A stretch of 62,895 nt of DNA, from the IMG/VR virus record IMGVR_UViG_3300014656_000029; one strand, 5' to 3'. A model generated the notes under the pieces. It had not been told where the DNA came from, did no database searches, and saw only the letters and a program-made list of their open reading frames with translations. This DNA is from a virus. Position numbers and translations under genes: made by a program. Positions 19,279 to 29,950 of the stretch are shown in pieces. Positions within the stretch are counted from its first letter, which is position 1, and each line of letters opens with the position of its first letter.

Positions 19279-20118
19279 TCACAACAATTCTACTTTAACT
19301 ACTTGGTGTTTTAAACTGTGATTGATCTCCAGACATGAATCTAACAATATTTTCCAGTTTCCTGTTGGACTACTGGTACTGCTATAGAAACCATTCTCTC
19401 CGTGTACTTCATATTTTTTAAATATCTGAGTACAACTAAAACCATGATCAACAAAATAAGCACTGGGACACTCAGAAAAAACATAAAAGGAATAGGGCTG
19501 CAATAACTGTGAAGACCTATGAAAATCTAGCTCTTCGTCGTCGTAGACAACATTTAAACCACAAATTTCTGGGCTGTTGTCCGAATCTTCCTTAATAAAA
19601 TTTCTAGTAGTAATATCCTTTAAGAATGCCCTCTTTACTCCTTCTCCCAGTATGATTTTAACAGGATTATGAGCCATTTCGCTTATGTGATGTATAGCTT
19701 CCTGTAATGAATATAAAGTGCTTTCTTTGTTTCCTTTTATAGTTTCTATGGAACTTGTATTTAAGCGATGCATAAATAAAGATTCTTCTGTATTTATCAT
19801 GTAAGAGAATATGTCACAGAAAAGAAAATAAGCCTGCTCTAATATAACCTTGTCCGGGGAGAAGTCGTGGTTCCCTTCATCAATACTGCTTTCTTTTTTA
19901 GTAACTACAAGCGGTGTTCCTGTAATATCTCTAGGATCAAAAGGACGAACTCGGACAATTTGTCTTGGCAAGCTAAATTTGCTAAGTAATTCATATGCAA
20001 ATTTAGTGAATATAGGAACAAGGTAACTCAAGTTTTCTAATTTTACCTGTAGAAGTATTTTTAAAAATTCTTCAGTTCCAAATACTTTTTTATACTCTTC
20101 ATATACAGTAGTTTTCAT
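19279..20118 (-). CDS. hypothetical protein (weak metallophosphatase-like GNHD motif only)
   Basis: 279 aa. DEGNHDF is present, but no DxH or GDxxDRG motif was found. Confidence 0.4.
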   Translation of the reverse strand: MKTTVYEEYKKVFGTEEFLKILLQVKLENLSYLVPIFTKFAYELLSKFSLPRQIVRVRPFDPRDITGTPLVVTKKESSIDEGNHDFSPDKVILEQAYFLFCDIFSYMINTEESLFMHRLNTSSIETIKGNKESTLYSLQEAIHHISEMAHNPVKIILGEGVKRAFLKDITTRNFIKEDSDNSPEICGLNVVYDDEELDFHRSSQLLQPYSFYVFSECPSAYFVDHGFSCTQIFKKYEVHGENGFYSSTSSPTGNWKILLDSCLEINHSLKHQVVKVELL

Positions 20119-20175
20119 TATAGTTTATTGTCCTTTACTTACGTAGCAGTTGTTGTTTTAAAATTTAATTTTAAA

Positions 20176-20457
20176 TCAAAATTCGGGAAAACAAATACCC
20201 GGATTATAATTATCGTTGTTTTTTACATCCGGAACGACTACTTTATCTACAGCATTCCAAATGTCTACTACCTTTTGCGTAGAAGCTTCCTCTGGTCCTG
20301 TTACCCAGTCTGTCATCATACCACATTCGCATACAACTCGGTACGTATCGTATGCTTGTTCGGGATCATTACGCGAAGTTTTCCAGACACCAATTCTTGG
20401 AAACCTGTTGCATTGGCATCTATTTACTAGGAATTTATGTTTATCTTTTTTATCCAT
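20176..20457 (-). CDS. hypothetical Cys-containing small protein
   Basis: 93 aa; CQCNRF...CECG. Confidence 0.35.
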   Translation of the reverse strand: MDKKDKHKFLVNRCQCNRFPRIGVWKTSRNDPEQAYDTYRVVCECGMMTDWVTGPEEASTQKVVDIWNAVDKVVVPDVKNNDNYNPGICFPEF

Positions 20458-20508
20458 TAGGCATTCCTCAAAATTATATATACTATTCTATTTTACCCAT
20501 TATGTAGT

Positions 20509-21273
20509 TTAGTCTTCATAAATACCTGTAGTTGGCACGTTAAGGGCATTAACAAAATAAGGGTCGTTAAGTTTAGCTAGGTTTCCTTGATCACAGTAAA
20601 CATCTAAGTTATATTGTAAACTCTGATCCGAATATACAAGATTTGATTCATAACTAAACGGGGAATCGTAAGAGAAGCATTCTAATCGGTTAGGAAAGCA
20701 ATTACAATTAGAGTAATGATCTATCCAAATATTGAAACCATAATAGGTACCATTGCTTCCATTTCTAGATTCACTTATTACTTTTTCGTAAGTGCATGTA
20801 GGATAATATTTTTCAAAGCTGTGTTGATTTTTATTTAAGTAATCTATCCAGTTTTTTCCTAAAATAAGAACTGCATTTTTTGTACCTATTTTATCCAAAA
20901 CCTCATGTAAAACATCTTTAGAATATTCAGTATATCTAACAATATTAGGGTTAGGGGTACCGCTTTGTTCATTTACAATTCTATAAAAGGAAGATAGCTC
21001 ACTAGTATGCAGTAAGTCATATACTCGTGAAAAGTTAGCATCAATATCTGGATAGCACTGCTGGAGTAGCTCAACACTAAAATCATAAGTTTTCTTAATT
21101 GTGAATATCTTTTTTAAATCTTTTTTATCTTTGCCTGCTGTATCTAGAGTTTGCCTTAATATACTATTTTGTTTCAAAGAAGCAGTAAGCTCGTCTACAA
21201 TAACTTCAGCAAAAATAGGCCAGTTTTTTATAATAGATTCAATGGAGAATATATATTTCGTGTTAGTCTTCAT
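20509..21273 (-). CDS. hypothetical protein
   Basis: 254 aa. Confidence 0.45.
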   Translation of the reverse strand: MKTNTKYIFSIESIIKNWPIFAEVIVDELTASLKQNSILRQTLDTAGKDKKDLKKIFTIKKTYDFSVELLQQCYPDIDANFSRVYDLLHTSELSSFYRIVNEQSGTPNPNIVRYTEYSKDVLHEVLDKIGTKNAVLILGKNWIDYLNKNQHSFEKYYPTCTYEKVISESRNGSNGTYYGFNIWIDHYSNCNCFPNRLECFSYDSPFSYESNLVYSDQSLQYNLDVYCDQGNLAKLNDPYFVNALNVPTTGIYED

Positions 21274-21326
21274 TATACTTTAACTTTCTGTTTTAAACAT
21301 GTATTTGTAGGCACTTCTAATATTTT

Positions 21327-21650
21327 TTATGTTAAATATCTGTTCACTCCAGCTAAAACATCAAAAGCATACTTTAAAATATGTTTAGAAATTATAATAT
21401 CCATTTTTCCGGTAATACTATCTGCACGTACATAAATATCAGAAGGGGAAACATACCCGCACAGTATATCGCTAGCAAACTGTCTAACTTCGTAAAGTAA
21501 ATTATTACATATAACCTTGTATTGAACTTTCTGAAAAACAGTTAATTTAACAAACAATAAAAGTTTCTCGGGACTATCTAAATCCTTTGGTATTTCTGGA
21601 ATACTGCTGTAATAATTACTTTCTTTTTGGATAGAATTGTCTATTTTCAA
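21327..21650 (-). CDS. hypothetical protein
   Basis: 107 aa. Confidence 0.35.
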   Translation of the reverse strand: MKIDNSIQKESNYYSSIPEIPKDLDSPEKLLLFVKLTVFQKVQYKVICNNLLYEVRQFASDILCGYVSPSDIYVRADSITGKMDIIISKHILKYAFDVLAGVNRYLT

Positions 21651-21703
21651 ACAACAGCTTCCTTTCTACATATTTTATACCTTATTTATCTTTTTTGATA
21701 TAG

Positions 21704-22138
21704 TTACACTGAGCTTCCAAAGGGAATAGCTGCTTCTGATACAAGTTTAACATATTCAGAGCCGACAAGTACATTGTCAGTATAGTGATCGATCCCTCCG
21801 TGTAAAGTAATCGCTATAAGTGTTCCAAAATTTGCTGCAATTATTCCGGGTAAACCGCTATACAAGATAGCGTCTCCCTTTTTTAAATTGTGTTTGTTAT
21901 CTTTTTCGCTGGAAGTACCAGAATAGCCTGTAATCCTCAGGATTGGTTCTACTTCAAAAACTTCAAAACTATCAATTTCAGCATTTAATAGTTTTGCAGA
22001 CATCTCTATCTCTCCTTGTATCTCAGGAAGAGCATACAGGGTTGCTTTGTGCAAGCTATCTATAAAAGTATTACCTTTACAGGAATAGCAAAGGTATAAA
22101 CCTTTATTTTTTTCTCGTATAACGTATTTCTTTTCCAT
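21704..22138 (-). CDS. hypothetical protein (very weak dUTPase/dCTP-deaminase-like motif order)
   Basis: RITGYSGTSS ... GGIDHYTDN loosely resemble dUTPase motifs 2 and 3. Confidence 0.3.
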   Translation of the reverse strand: MEKKYVIREKNKGLYLCYSCKGNTFIDSLHKATLYALPEIQGEIEMSAKLLNAEIDSFEVFEVEPILRITGYSGTSSEKDNKHNLKKGDAILYSGLPGIIAANFGTLIAITLHGGIDHYTDNVLVGSEYVKLVSEAAIPFGSSV

Positions 22139-22139
22139 A

Positions 22140-22457
22140 CTATTTTTCCTTACTATATTTGTTATGCAATTCTGAAAGTCTGTTTTTGACTAACGCCCAT
22201 TCTTCTAGTAGAGAGTGTTCTCCTATATCGCCACTAAGCAAGTAATCAACATTGTGCAGCATAGTAGAAACAAGGTCGGTATAGTCTCTTGCTTCTTCCA
22301 GCAGAACTAATATAGCTTCAGGATATTCCCAAGTGTTTTCTTCTTCCAAATCATCATTTTCCAAATCACGTGTGTTTTTCTGTTTTACTATTCTGCCTAA
22401 CTCAGAGCAGATATCTAAAAGATAATATTTCCTATAATTTAAATGTCCGCCACTCAT
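22140..22457 (-). CDS. hypothetical acidic protein
   Basis: 105 aa. Confidence 0.35.
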   Translation of the reverse strand: MSGGHLNYRKYYLLDICSELGRIVKQKNTRDLENDDLEEENTWEYPEAILVLLEEARDYTDLVSTMLHNVDYLLSGDIGEHSLLEEWALVKNRLSELHNKYSKEK

Positions 22458-22470
22458 AACATTACTCCGG

Positions 22471-22977
22471 TTAAAATAGATACACAGTTACAGGTATTTC
22501 TTTAGAGCACAATTTTTCTATAATCATTTGTTCAATTTTGTTCCAATCTCCGCCAGCTAAATCTGACCCAAATTTAGGAGCATGTACATCCCCATTATTA
22601 TTCAAACAGTATTGGGCTACTTTTTCCAAGCCAGACTCCACAGCATTATATCGAATAGGTGGATTACCGTCTTTACTTTTCCAAATTGTGTGCTGCCCGA
22701 TTATATTTGCTATTACAATTTTACCGTTGCTAACAGTAACAAATTGAACATTACCCAGCTCAAAAGGTCCTGCTGCGGGATCACTTTGTTCCTTAAACCA
22801 TTTCTTGTATTCTAGCTCAGGCTCTTTCCAAGCACGAGAAAGCGCTAAAACAAAACCTTTTCCCCAGCCTCCAATGTCATTACAAATATGAGGTATGACA
22901 CAAACTCTACCTTCTTTTTGAATAGGTTTTGTAGCATCTCCTTTTATATATTTAATTGTAGTAGGCATTATAACCAC
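22471..22977 (-). CDS. macro-domain-like protein (ADP-ribose binding or processing)
   Basis: YIKGDATKP...VIPHICNDIGGWGKGFVLAL resembles the macro-domain VNAAN..GGGGV motif. Confidence 0.45.
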   Translation of the reverse strand: MVIMPTTIKYIKGDATKPIQKEGRVCVIPHICNDIGGWGKGFVLALSRAWKEPELEYKKWFKEQSDPAAGPFELGNVQFVTVSNGKIVIANIIGQHTIWKSKDGNPPIRYNAVESGLEKVAQYCLNNNGDVHAPKFGSDLAGGDWNKIEQMIIEKLCSKEIPVTVYLF

Positions 22978-23216
22978 ACTTGTTTTTCTTTTATAGGAAG
23001 TGCATAATCATAATAGTAGGAATCTACCAATTTAACAGCAGCTTCCAGACCATCTTTGTGATTAAGCATAAGCTTTCTTATAATATCTTTAAGCTCTTTA
23101 GAATAGGAACGCTCTATATCTAAAACTTTTCTAGTTCTGATTAAAGCTTTTTTTGTTGCGTTTCGGGTTTCTTCCAATTTATAAATACGTTCTATATATT
23201 TACGATGATTTGACAT
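22968..23216 (-). CDS. hypothetical protein
   Basis: 82 aa; basic. Confidence 0.35.
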   Translation of the reverse strand: MSNHRKYIERIYKLEETRNATKKALIRTRKVLDIERSYSKELKDIIRKLMLNHKDGLEAAVKLVDSYYYDYALPIKEKQVWL

Positions 23217-23228
23217 TATTATTTCTCC

Positions 23229-23834
23229 TTACTGATCCTTGTTTTCTTTCCAGTTATAGCCTACTCCTGAAAATTGAAAAGACACAGAACTTACTTGTGA
23301 ACAAGAATAAAAACCGCAATCATCAATAGCTATAAATTTTACTGTTTCTCCTCTAATTTCTTCTTGAGGACATATATCAATATTAAGATCTTCAGCCTCA
23401 GTACCCTTAGTAGAAAGTGATTTACACATAAATACTAAACTGGCGTCTAGCTCTGAATTCTTATACTCAGGCTCTTCTCCGTTTAACGGGGTAAAAGATT
23501 CTAAAACTAGATTAGCAATAGTTACACTATTGCTATCACCTGCTTTGGAAGACCACGAAATTTTAGCATCAGAAACATTCTCATCTAAGGGTATAATCAT
23601 CTGATACTCTATTTCGTATAAACAAATATCTACTACATGTTCAGTTTTTAAAATTTCAGGTAATAACTTGTTAGGCACTGTTGTAGTTATTATTTTTAAA
23701 AGAAAATCTGAAAAATACACAGCATTTTTTATTCCGCGTTTAAAGTACGTAAACTTCAGTTGATCCTCTGTTTCGTTGTCTGGAGCAAACTCGATAATAG
23801 TTTTACCGCACTGTACTGTTTTTGTTACTTTCAT
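23229..23834 (-). CDS. hypothetical protein
   Basis: 201 aa. Confidence 0.4.
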   Translation of the reverse strand: MKVTKTVQCGKTIIEFAPDNETEDQLKFTYFKRGIKNAVYFSDFLLKIITTTVPNKLLPEILKTEHVVDICLYEIEYQMIIPLDENVSDAKISWSSKAGDSNSVTIANLVLESFTPLNGEEPEYKNSELDASLVFMCKSLSTKGTEAEDLNIDICPQEEIRGETVKFIAIDDCGFYSCSQVSSVSFQFSGVGYNWKENKDQ

Positions 23835-23908
23835 AGGGATACCTCTAAAGTTGATAACAATAATCCTATCCCCTTTTACTACATTTTATTCAGAAGTGCA
23901 AGTTTATT

Positions 23909-24283
23909 TTAAGCCTGATTGTATTTAGCCGTAGGCTCTAAACAATCTTGGCATAAATAGATAGCAAAAGCGGCGCAGTCGTGTAGCCAATAACCTTCTC
24001 CCTTTGGATCATTTTTATGCATTGATGACAGATATTCCTCATAAGGTAATTTAGTATCTATTCCTTCGTGGGCCACAAATGCAATTCTAGCTTCGCCTTC
24101 GCAATGAACACACTTAACCGTTTCAGGAAATTTTTGTTGCCAAGATTTATCAAGACCATCTTCCCCAAAAGTAATGTCCATAGCAAGAACTTCGTTTAGT
24201 AGTTCTTTAGCATATATAGGATCGCTGGTTACATTAAGACTTGCTTCTGTTAATATCGCTTTTTGTAATGGGGACATTTCCAA
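23909..24283 (-). CDS. hypothetical protein
   Basis: 124 aa; CxxC..CxxC present. Confidence 0.4.
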   Translation of the reverse strand: MEMSPLQKAILTEASLNVTSDPIYAKELLNEVLAMDITFGEDGLDKSWQQKFPETVKCVHCEGEARIAFVAHEGIDTKLPYEEYLSSMHKNDPKGEGYWLHDCAAFAIYLCQDCLEPTAKYNQA

Positions 24284-24368
24284 AATACCTCGTAGAAAAA
24301 GTGTGAACTTAAATTAGAAATAACCCCCTTGGTTATAATTGTTCTGCTAAAAATATGTCTAAAAATAT

Positions 24369-26528
24369 TTACTTGGAGATTAAACCTACAAGTTCGTGCA
24401 GGTTATTTAAGGTGTACACTGTAGAGCCATCAGGAAGCCCCTCAGGACGTTCCATTCCGATATAGGTAACGGGGCCTCCATAAACTCTTTCGGGGTCGTA
24501 TTCAGCCACTTCCTCAGCGCCTTCCATCAAAATACCCAGTAGATCACCTATAGTAAAATAGGATTTAGCCATGATGTTTTTTGTTATTAAAGATAGTGAC
24601 TTGTTAGTAATTTCAATTCGATTAAACCAAGGATGTCCTGTCAGATACAGGTGAGTCCATTTAACATCCCATGTTCCATTTTCATTTTTTTCAAAAATAG
24701 CAGGAACAGAGGCTTTTCCTTTTCCCCTAACGTCAGATTTCATTCTGACAGCAGCTGGCTCGAAAGGTTTTCCTTTTTGTTCTTCGTCCATAAGCATGTA
24801 ACCAAAGTAGGACTCTTTAACCTCTTCAAAAGATTCCCCACTAAAAACATAAACCACAGGAACTATATACTTACAGTCTTTGTTTATTTTATCTATTTTA
24901 ACATCCATAAATTCCGTAGCGCCGTTTGGAGAAGATGTTATATCTCCACTATGAACAATACCAGAAGACTGCAAGCGGGTATAGGAAACATGTCCTACAC
25001 TTTCGAAATTTTCATCCAGCATTTGTAAAGAGAGATCAAAGTCTGTTCTGTTCCTTTTTTCTTTCCAATAACAGAAAAATCTAAGAGTATCAAAGTTTCC
25101 AAGATTTTGATAAGAGCCTCGTGGAACGACACTAAATCCGCCGGGATTACCTTTGTCGCTTAGCGGTAAAGCTAGTGTTTCCACCGCAGCACCATACACA
25201 ACAGTGGCTAACTTATCAGACACTCTGTTAGTTAACTCAGTATCCAAAGCTATAGAAAGATTAAAACATTCATCTGCATTTAAAGGTTTTCTGTTGTCGT
25301 CTGTGATCCAAGATTTTCCTTTTTTATTAATGAAGATTCTTTTAGCTGTTGTGTTTTCTGAAGTTCTTGTTCTCAAGTGCTCCAGTACAGATACGATAAC
25401 CCTAGATGAAACTGCGGGAGCTATTCTTTTTACAGTGCCTACTACTTTGTTAAAGGCTTCTGTACTATCTCCGCACATAGTCAAAATACGGTCAATATTC
25501 CTGAAAAAGATTCCGGGCTTTGTAAATAGTAAATTCAGCACTGCCGTCAAATCGTTTTTAGAAAAAGCATACTCTACTTTACCCGTAAAAGATTTCAACT
25601 TTTTATCGCTTCTAGCTACTGCAAAAACATCCTGAGCAAAAGAATATTTTTGGTATTCTTTAGGATGTACTTTTTCTCCCAGTTTTTTCCAAGCTTCTTT
25701 ATGTGCTAATACATCCTCTAGCTTGTTGGGATTTTGTACTAAAAGTTTGTCCAACGTAAGCATAAACAATTTTCTGGTTTTTCTGGGTATAGATTTAAAT
25801 ATTGTTTTTTCTAAAAGGGTTTCGTCTCCCCCGGAAATAACACAAGCCAGCCGAAGAACATCTGTTACGGTATCAACCAGCAAGTCTTTGTCATTTTCTA
25901 GTCTGATCATATTAATGATAGCTTTATTTTCTCTGGCGGGAATTTTCTCAGGCTGCTCTGAGTTTAGGCACAATTCTGCAACGTCTTTAAGCAAAACTCT
26001 GTCTTTGTCTTTAAGGGGAACATTACTGCCAGCTAAAGACAAATACAACTTGTGTACCTCGACAGCTAAGGTGTCCCCTAAATGTAAGATGGTCATTTTG
26101 TCTTTATTGGATCCGATAAATTCATCGTGGTACCGCAACATTTCTTCGTAGGTATGCTGATACCTGCCGTACTCATTAGTACCAGTTAAAAACCATTTAA
26201 CTATCTGCTCAACCCAAAAATCTAAAGTGTCGGGAACATTGTTAGGGAATTCTTTAAAATAAACATTATGCTCCACATCATCCCCTACCATTTCTCCAGC
26301 TGCTTGTAAAACAGTAGAGGCATAATCTGTTAATGTTATAGGATTGATGCTGCCGAAAAGATCAAGAAGATCCTTAGACATTTTAAAGCCTATAGACATA
26401 AGAGCAACATCTAACTGTTGGGCTAACTTTTTACCGTTTTCATCTTTTTGGGCATTTGAAAAATCAGGATTTGGAACCGTGTTGGTTCGTTTGATTACTT
26501 CTTTAAGCAGATTTGTAGATTTAAACAT
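24369..26528 (-). CDS. large protein with C-terminal TerD-like domain
   Basis: 719 aa. The C-terminal segment HSGDITSSPNGATEFMDVKIDKI...IVPVVYVF resembles the TerD SGDNxTGEGxGDDE..V.L motif. Confidence 0.45.
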   Translation of the reverse strand: MFKSTNLLKEVIKRTNTVPNPDFSNAQKDENGKKLAQQLDVALMSIGFKMSKDLLDLFGSINPITLTDYASTVLQAAGEMVGDDVEHNVYFKEFPNNVPDTLDFWVEQIVKWFLTGTNEYGRYQHTYEEMLRYHDEFIGSNKDKMTILHLGDTLAVEVHKLYLSLAGSNVPLKDKDRVLLKDVAELCLNSEQPEKIPARENKAIINMIRLENDKDLLVDTVTDVLRLACVISGGDETLLEKTIFKSIPRKTRKLFMLTLDKLLVQNPNKLEDVLAHKEAWKKLGEKVHPKEYQKYSFAQDVFAVARSDKKLKSFTGKVEYAFSKNDLTAVLNLLFTKPGIFFRNIDRILTMCGDSTEAFNKVVGTVKRIAPAVSSRVIVSVLEHLRTRTSENTTAKRIFINKKGKSWITDDNRKPLNADECFNLSIALDTELTNRVSDKLATVVYGAAVETLALPLSDKGNPGGFSVVPRGSYQNLGNFDTLRFFCYWKEKRNRTDFDLSLQMLDENFESVGHVSYTRLQSSGIVHSGDITSSPNGATEFMDVKIDKINKDCKYIVPVVYVFSGESFEEVKESYFGYMLMDEEQKGKPFEPAAVRMKSDVRGKGKASVPAIFEKNENGTWDVKWTHLYLTGHPWFNRIEITNKSLSLITKNIMAKSYFTIGDLLGILMEGAEEVAEYDPERVYGGPVTYIGMERPEGLPDGSTVYTLNNLHELVGLISK

Positions 26529-26842
26529 AATACAGCCTCCGTGTGGAAAAATAACAGGTAAGCGATTGTTCTAATTTTGGGATTCTGGGCCTTCCGGCCC
26601 GGACTAGTATATTAGAAGGAAGAACAATCTTAGCCTGTTTAAATTTTAAAACATATAGGAGGCTAGCGCAATTAAAATTTTATAACAGCACACGTTAGTT
26701 AGCGTGTGCTGTTATAAAAAAGAGGAAAGCGCTTAGACTAGAGTTTTTACCAAAAAAAGTTAGAAGTAAGTCTAAACATAGCCTCGTCTAAAGTCAATTG
26801 TAGTCGATTAAAACAAAAGTGTCAATAGCTAGTTTTAAAAAG

Positions 26843-28045
26843 TTAAAAAGATTTTAAAACAGCTTTAAGTCTACGAACTTCAAATTCAGCAGCATTAATC
26901 TTTTCTAAATCCCTAATAGGTGCAGCTTGCAATCTTTCATAATTTGCTTCTGCTTTAACTTTTTGCAAATAGAAATCTGCCTTTAAAACCTTCAGGGGAA
27001 AGGTTGTGTCAAACAACTTTGCCCAACTGTCTGGACACACTGTTGAATTTTGATACAAAGTTATCATCAGATCAGCAATCTCTTTGTAAACATCATTTTT
27101 ATATTCTTCTGAATCGGGATATAGGGAGCTTTTTATCACAGCTGCGGATAATTCAGCCGCTTCTTCTGCTATTTTTAAAAACTGTTTTTCCTTCCCGAAG
27201 TACTCAACAAAAGAGTCGCACATTTTTTTCTGCTTAGGGGTAAGAAAAAATTGAAAAGGTTCTATTGGCTTCTTACCACCATTCATCTCATACTGGTCTT
27301 TTAACTTATTAATGGTTTCTTCTGTGTGGAAAGGTTGGTAATTTGTTGTCCTGTTGTGTGGTATAAATACACTACCGGATTCCACAGAATCTAGTTTAAT
27401 ATAAACATCATTACCCCCAGTAGATGCTGTTGTGCATTCTACTTTCTCGGGTAATCCGTCTTCCTCAAAAAAATCCTTATCGGTATGAGCACTCATAGAA
27501 CATTTTGTATTAGGTGCAGTAACCGTTCTGGATAAATATTCTTCTGATAAATCAACTAGCGTATTAGACGGAGTTGTGATTTCAGATAATTTAAGATGAA
27601 AATCCTTTAAGCCTGCGGAGTTTCCTGTTACTGCATACTCACTTACAGGTAAAACCATTGTTAGCATACTGGGCAAATATTGCTGCAGAAAACAATCCTT
27701 AAAAGTAATGTTAACATTTTCCCAACTGTGATTAAGCCAATCAAGCGAAACCGTATAGCGGCTCTCGGGATTAACAGAAAAATTATCCATGTTTATATGT
27801 TTAAACAGGGTTAATTCTAAACTTTTGCATAGAAGACCATTTAACGTATAGGGTGAATCGATCTTATAGGGGCACGATACGGTGAACTTAGCAGAAAAGT
27901 GTTGTACCGTAATTTCTTCTGTTTTTCCATTTTGGGCAACTGATGTTATGGTTAAATAATCTTTTACTCGGTTATTAGTAAAGGATATAGTTACTTTATT
28001 CTCTTGGACATTTTTATTGTTTACTGCTGTAACAAGAAGTTCCAT
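26843..28045 (-). CDS. hypothetical protein with C-terminal MazG-like NTP pyrophosphohydrolase domain
   Basis: LKIAEEAAELSAAVIK...YKNDVYKEIADLMITLYQ resembles the MazG EE..EL..A.....E.GD.L..L motif. Confidence 0.4.
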   Translation of the reverse strand: MELLVTAVNNKNVQENKVTISFTNNRVKDYLTITSVAQNGKTEEITVQHFSAKFTVSCPYKIDSPYTLNGLLCKSLELTLFKHINMDNFSVNPESRYTVSLDWLNHSWENVNITFKDCFLQQYLPSMLTMVLPVSEYAVTGNSAGLKDFHLKLSEITTPSNTLVDLSEEYLSRTVTAPNTKCSMSAHTDKDFFEEDGLPEKVECTTASTGGNDVYIKLDSVESGSVFIPHNRTTNYQPFHTEETINKLKDQYEMNGGKKPIEPFQFFLTPKQKKMCDSFVEYFGKEKQFLKIAEEAAELSAAVIKSSLYPDSEEYKNDVYKEIADLMITLYQNSTVCPDSWAKLFDTTFPLKVLKADFYLQKVKAEANYERLQAAPIRDLEKINAAEFEVRRLKAVLKSF

Positions 28046-28201
28046 TTTTACCTCTTTACGAAAAGTATGTTCTACTCTTCTATGTTAAATCAATGTCTGA
28101 GCTAAAGGATCATCTTTAGCTTTCTGAAACACAATACAACAAAAAAATATGGGTGTAAAGTTTTTTCTTGCATTTAAAATAAAGTTGCTGTAGATTGAAA
28201 A

Positions 28202-29497
28202 ATGATTATAACGTACCTGTCTTTAAGAAAGAAGGTTTTTTTGAAAATACTGTTAGTTTATCCTCCTATATTTAGATCCGCCAATATTTACAGCACAACG
28301 CTTCCGCTTGGGTTGTTGCATGTTGCTACCTATTTACAAAATGAAGGAAATTCTGTAAGAGTATTAAATTTAGAAAATGGCGGAGAAATAAAAACAGTAT
28401 CTATAAAGGATCTTAGAACAGCTTACGCTGCTAACGATCCTAAACAATATGTGTTTAATGAGGAGTCTTCATACAGACAAGAATTTAAAAAAGCTGTTTT
28501 GGATTTTCAACCAGACTTAATAGGATTCTCTGTGGCAACAGAACAAATAGATGCGGCAAATGAAATGGCAAAAGATGCTAAAAAAATGTTTCCTAACGTT
28601 AAAATAGAAATGGGTAACATAAGAATTTCGCCTTCTGATTGGGTAAAGCAAGTATCTGCTGCGGCTTTAATGATAGAACCTGATTTAAGCTTCTTAGAAG
28701 GACAGAACACCGCAGAGAGTTTTGGTTCTGTAATGACCAGCATAGGCTGTCCTTTTTCTTGTGTGTACTGTGGAAGCCCCCAGCAATACAAGCGCAAGAT
28801 AACATATTTTGAAGAGGATTCCGTTAGAAGAAGATTACGTAACGGTAAAAATATGGGAGCAAAAGGATTCTATTTACTAGACGATACCATTACAATCAAC
28901 ATTAAAAGAGCGGAAAAAATAGCAGACATACTTTCTGAGTTTAATATGCCTTGGAGAATTCAAACTAGAGTTGAAAGTTTAGTAAATAATCTACATCTTA
29001 TTTCATATTTTAAAGATCGCGGTTGTGTTCAGATGAGCTTCGGCGTAGAAAGTGGCTCTACCAGAATCAGAAAACTGATGAAAAAGAATTTGAAAATAGA
29101 CGATGTATTAAAAGGAGTAGAGCTGCTGCGCCAGCATGATATGCCTTATACAGCAAATTTTATGATAGGCTTCCCTTCTGAAACAAATGATGATGTGGAT
29201 GACTCTATGGCTGTAATAAAAGCCATGAAACCAGAACGTATTTCTTGTGCTTCTATGGTTCCTTACCACGGAACAGAATTATACATTAAAAATCCTAAAT
29301 TTGTAGAAGCTGCAAACAACTGGAATTTCTGTCAATGGTCTCCATTCAACCCTACTTTTTTAACCGATAAAGAAGGCAACAGAATAGACGGACCTTCTTT
29401 TGATAAGATAAATCAAATATATGAAATGGTTGAAAACATTAATGATCACGTTTCTAGTAAAAAAACATTTAGTACTGTATTGAGTAATAGAAAATAG
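28202..29497 (+). CDS. B12-binding (class B) radical SAM enzyme
   Basis: N-terminal Rossmann-like B12-binding region (KILLVYPP...LPLGLLHVATYL) and a CPFSCVYC (Cx3Cx2C) cluster motif. Confidence 0.75.
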   Translation: MIITYLSLRKKVFLKILLVYPPIFRSANIYSTTLPLGLLHVATYLQNEGNSVRVLNLENGGEIKTVSIKDLRTAYAANDPKQYVFNEESSYRQEFKKAVLDFQPDLIGFSVATEQIDAANEMAKDAKKMFPNVKIEMGNIRISPSDWVKQVSAAALMIEPDLSFLEGQNTAESFGSVMTSIGCPFSCVYCGSPQQYKRKITYFEEDSVRRRLRNGKNMGAKGFYLLDDTITINIKRAEKIADILSEFNMPWRIQTRVESLVNNLHLISYFKDRGCVQMSFGVESGSTRIRKLMKKNLKIDDVLKGVELLRQHDMPYTANFMIGFPSETNDDVDDSMAVIKAMKPERISCASMVPYHGTELYIKNPKFVEAANNWNFCQWSPFNPTFLTDKEGNRIDGPSFDKINQIYEMVENINDHVSSKKTFSTVLSNRK

Positions 29498-29512
29498 AAA
29501 GGATAAAATAGC

Positions 29513-29950
29513 ATGTCATGTAATTATTATGTATTTGGGGCTGTGGGTTGCCTCATGAAACAAAAAGATTTAATTATTGAAGAGAAAACAAGTGTAAAGG
29601 GGTGCTCACACGACTTTAACAGAACAGACTTTACGTTCTGCCCATATTGTGGAGCAATAGAATCAAAAGTAGCACTAGAAAGAACTACTACTTTTGAAGA
29701 CCATTTCGTAGACAATTTAAACGATGATTTAGCTATCACATTCACTATACACCCTATCTACGATACTGATTATGTCGTTGTCAGTATTGCAGCAACTAGT
29801 ATGGTAGACCTTAGCTGCAGCGCTACTCCCTATACTGTTATACCTTTTGACGAAGACTACAAGCTAAAAGCAAAATCTATTTTAGAACCTGTTGGTTTGT
29901 GGAACGAAGACGCCTTCGGCTTCTATGCCGTAGGCAATGTAAGTTATTAA
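29513..29950 (+). CDS. hypothetical zinc-ribbon protein
   Basis: CSHDF...CPYCG. Confidence 0.4.
   Translation: MSCNYYVFGAVGCLMKQKDLIIEEKTSVKGCSHDFNRTDFTFCPYCGAIESKVALERTTTFEDHFVDNLNDDLAITFTIHPIYDTDYVVVSIAATSMVDLSCSATPYTVIPFDEDYKLKAKSILEPVGLWNEDAFGFYAVGNVSY

Noticed and set aside
24369-26528. TROVE/Ro60- or TEP1-like identity for the 719-aa protein (which would complete a vault-like set)
   Set aside because: No GTYY-type TROVE signature or vWA MIDAS (DxSxS) motif could be found. Only the TerD-like C-terminal similarity is supportable.
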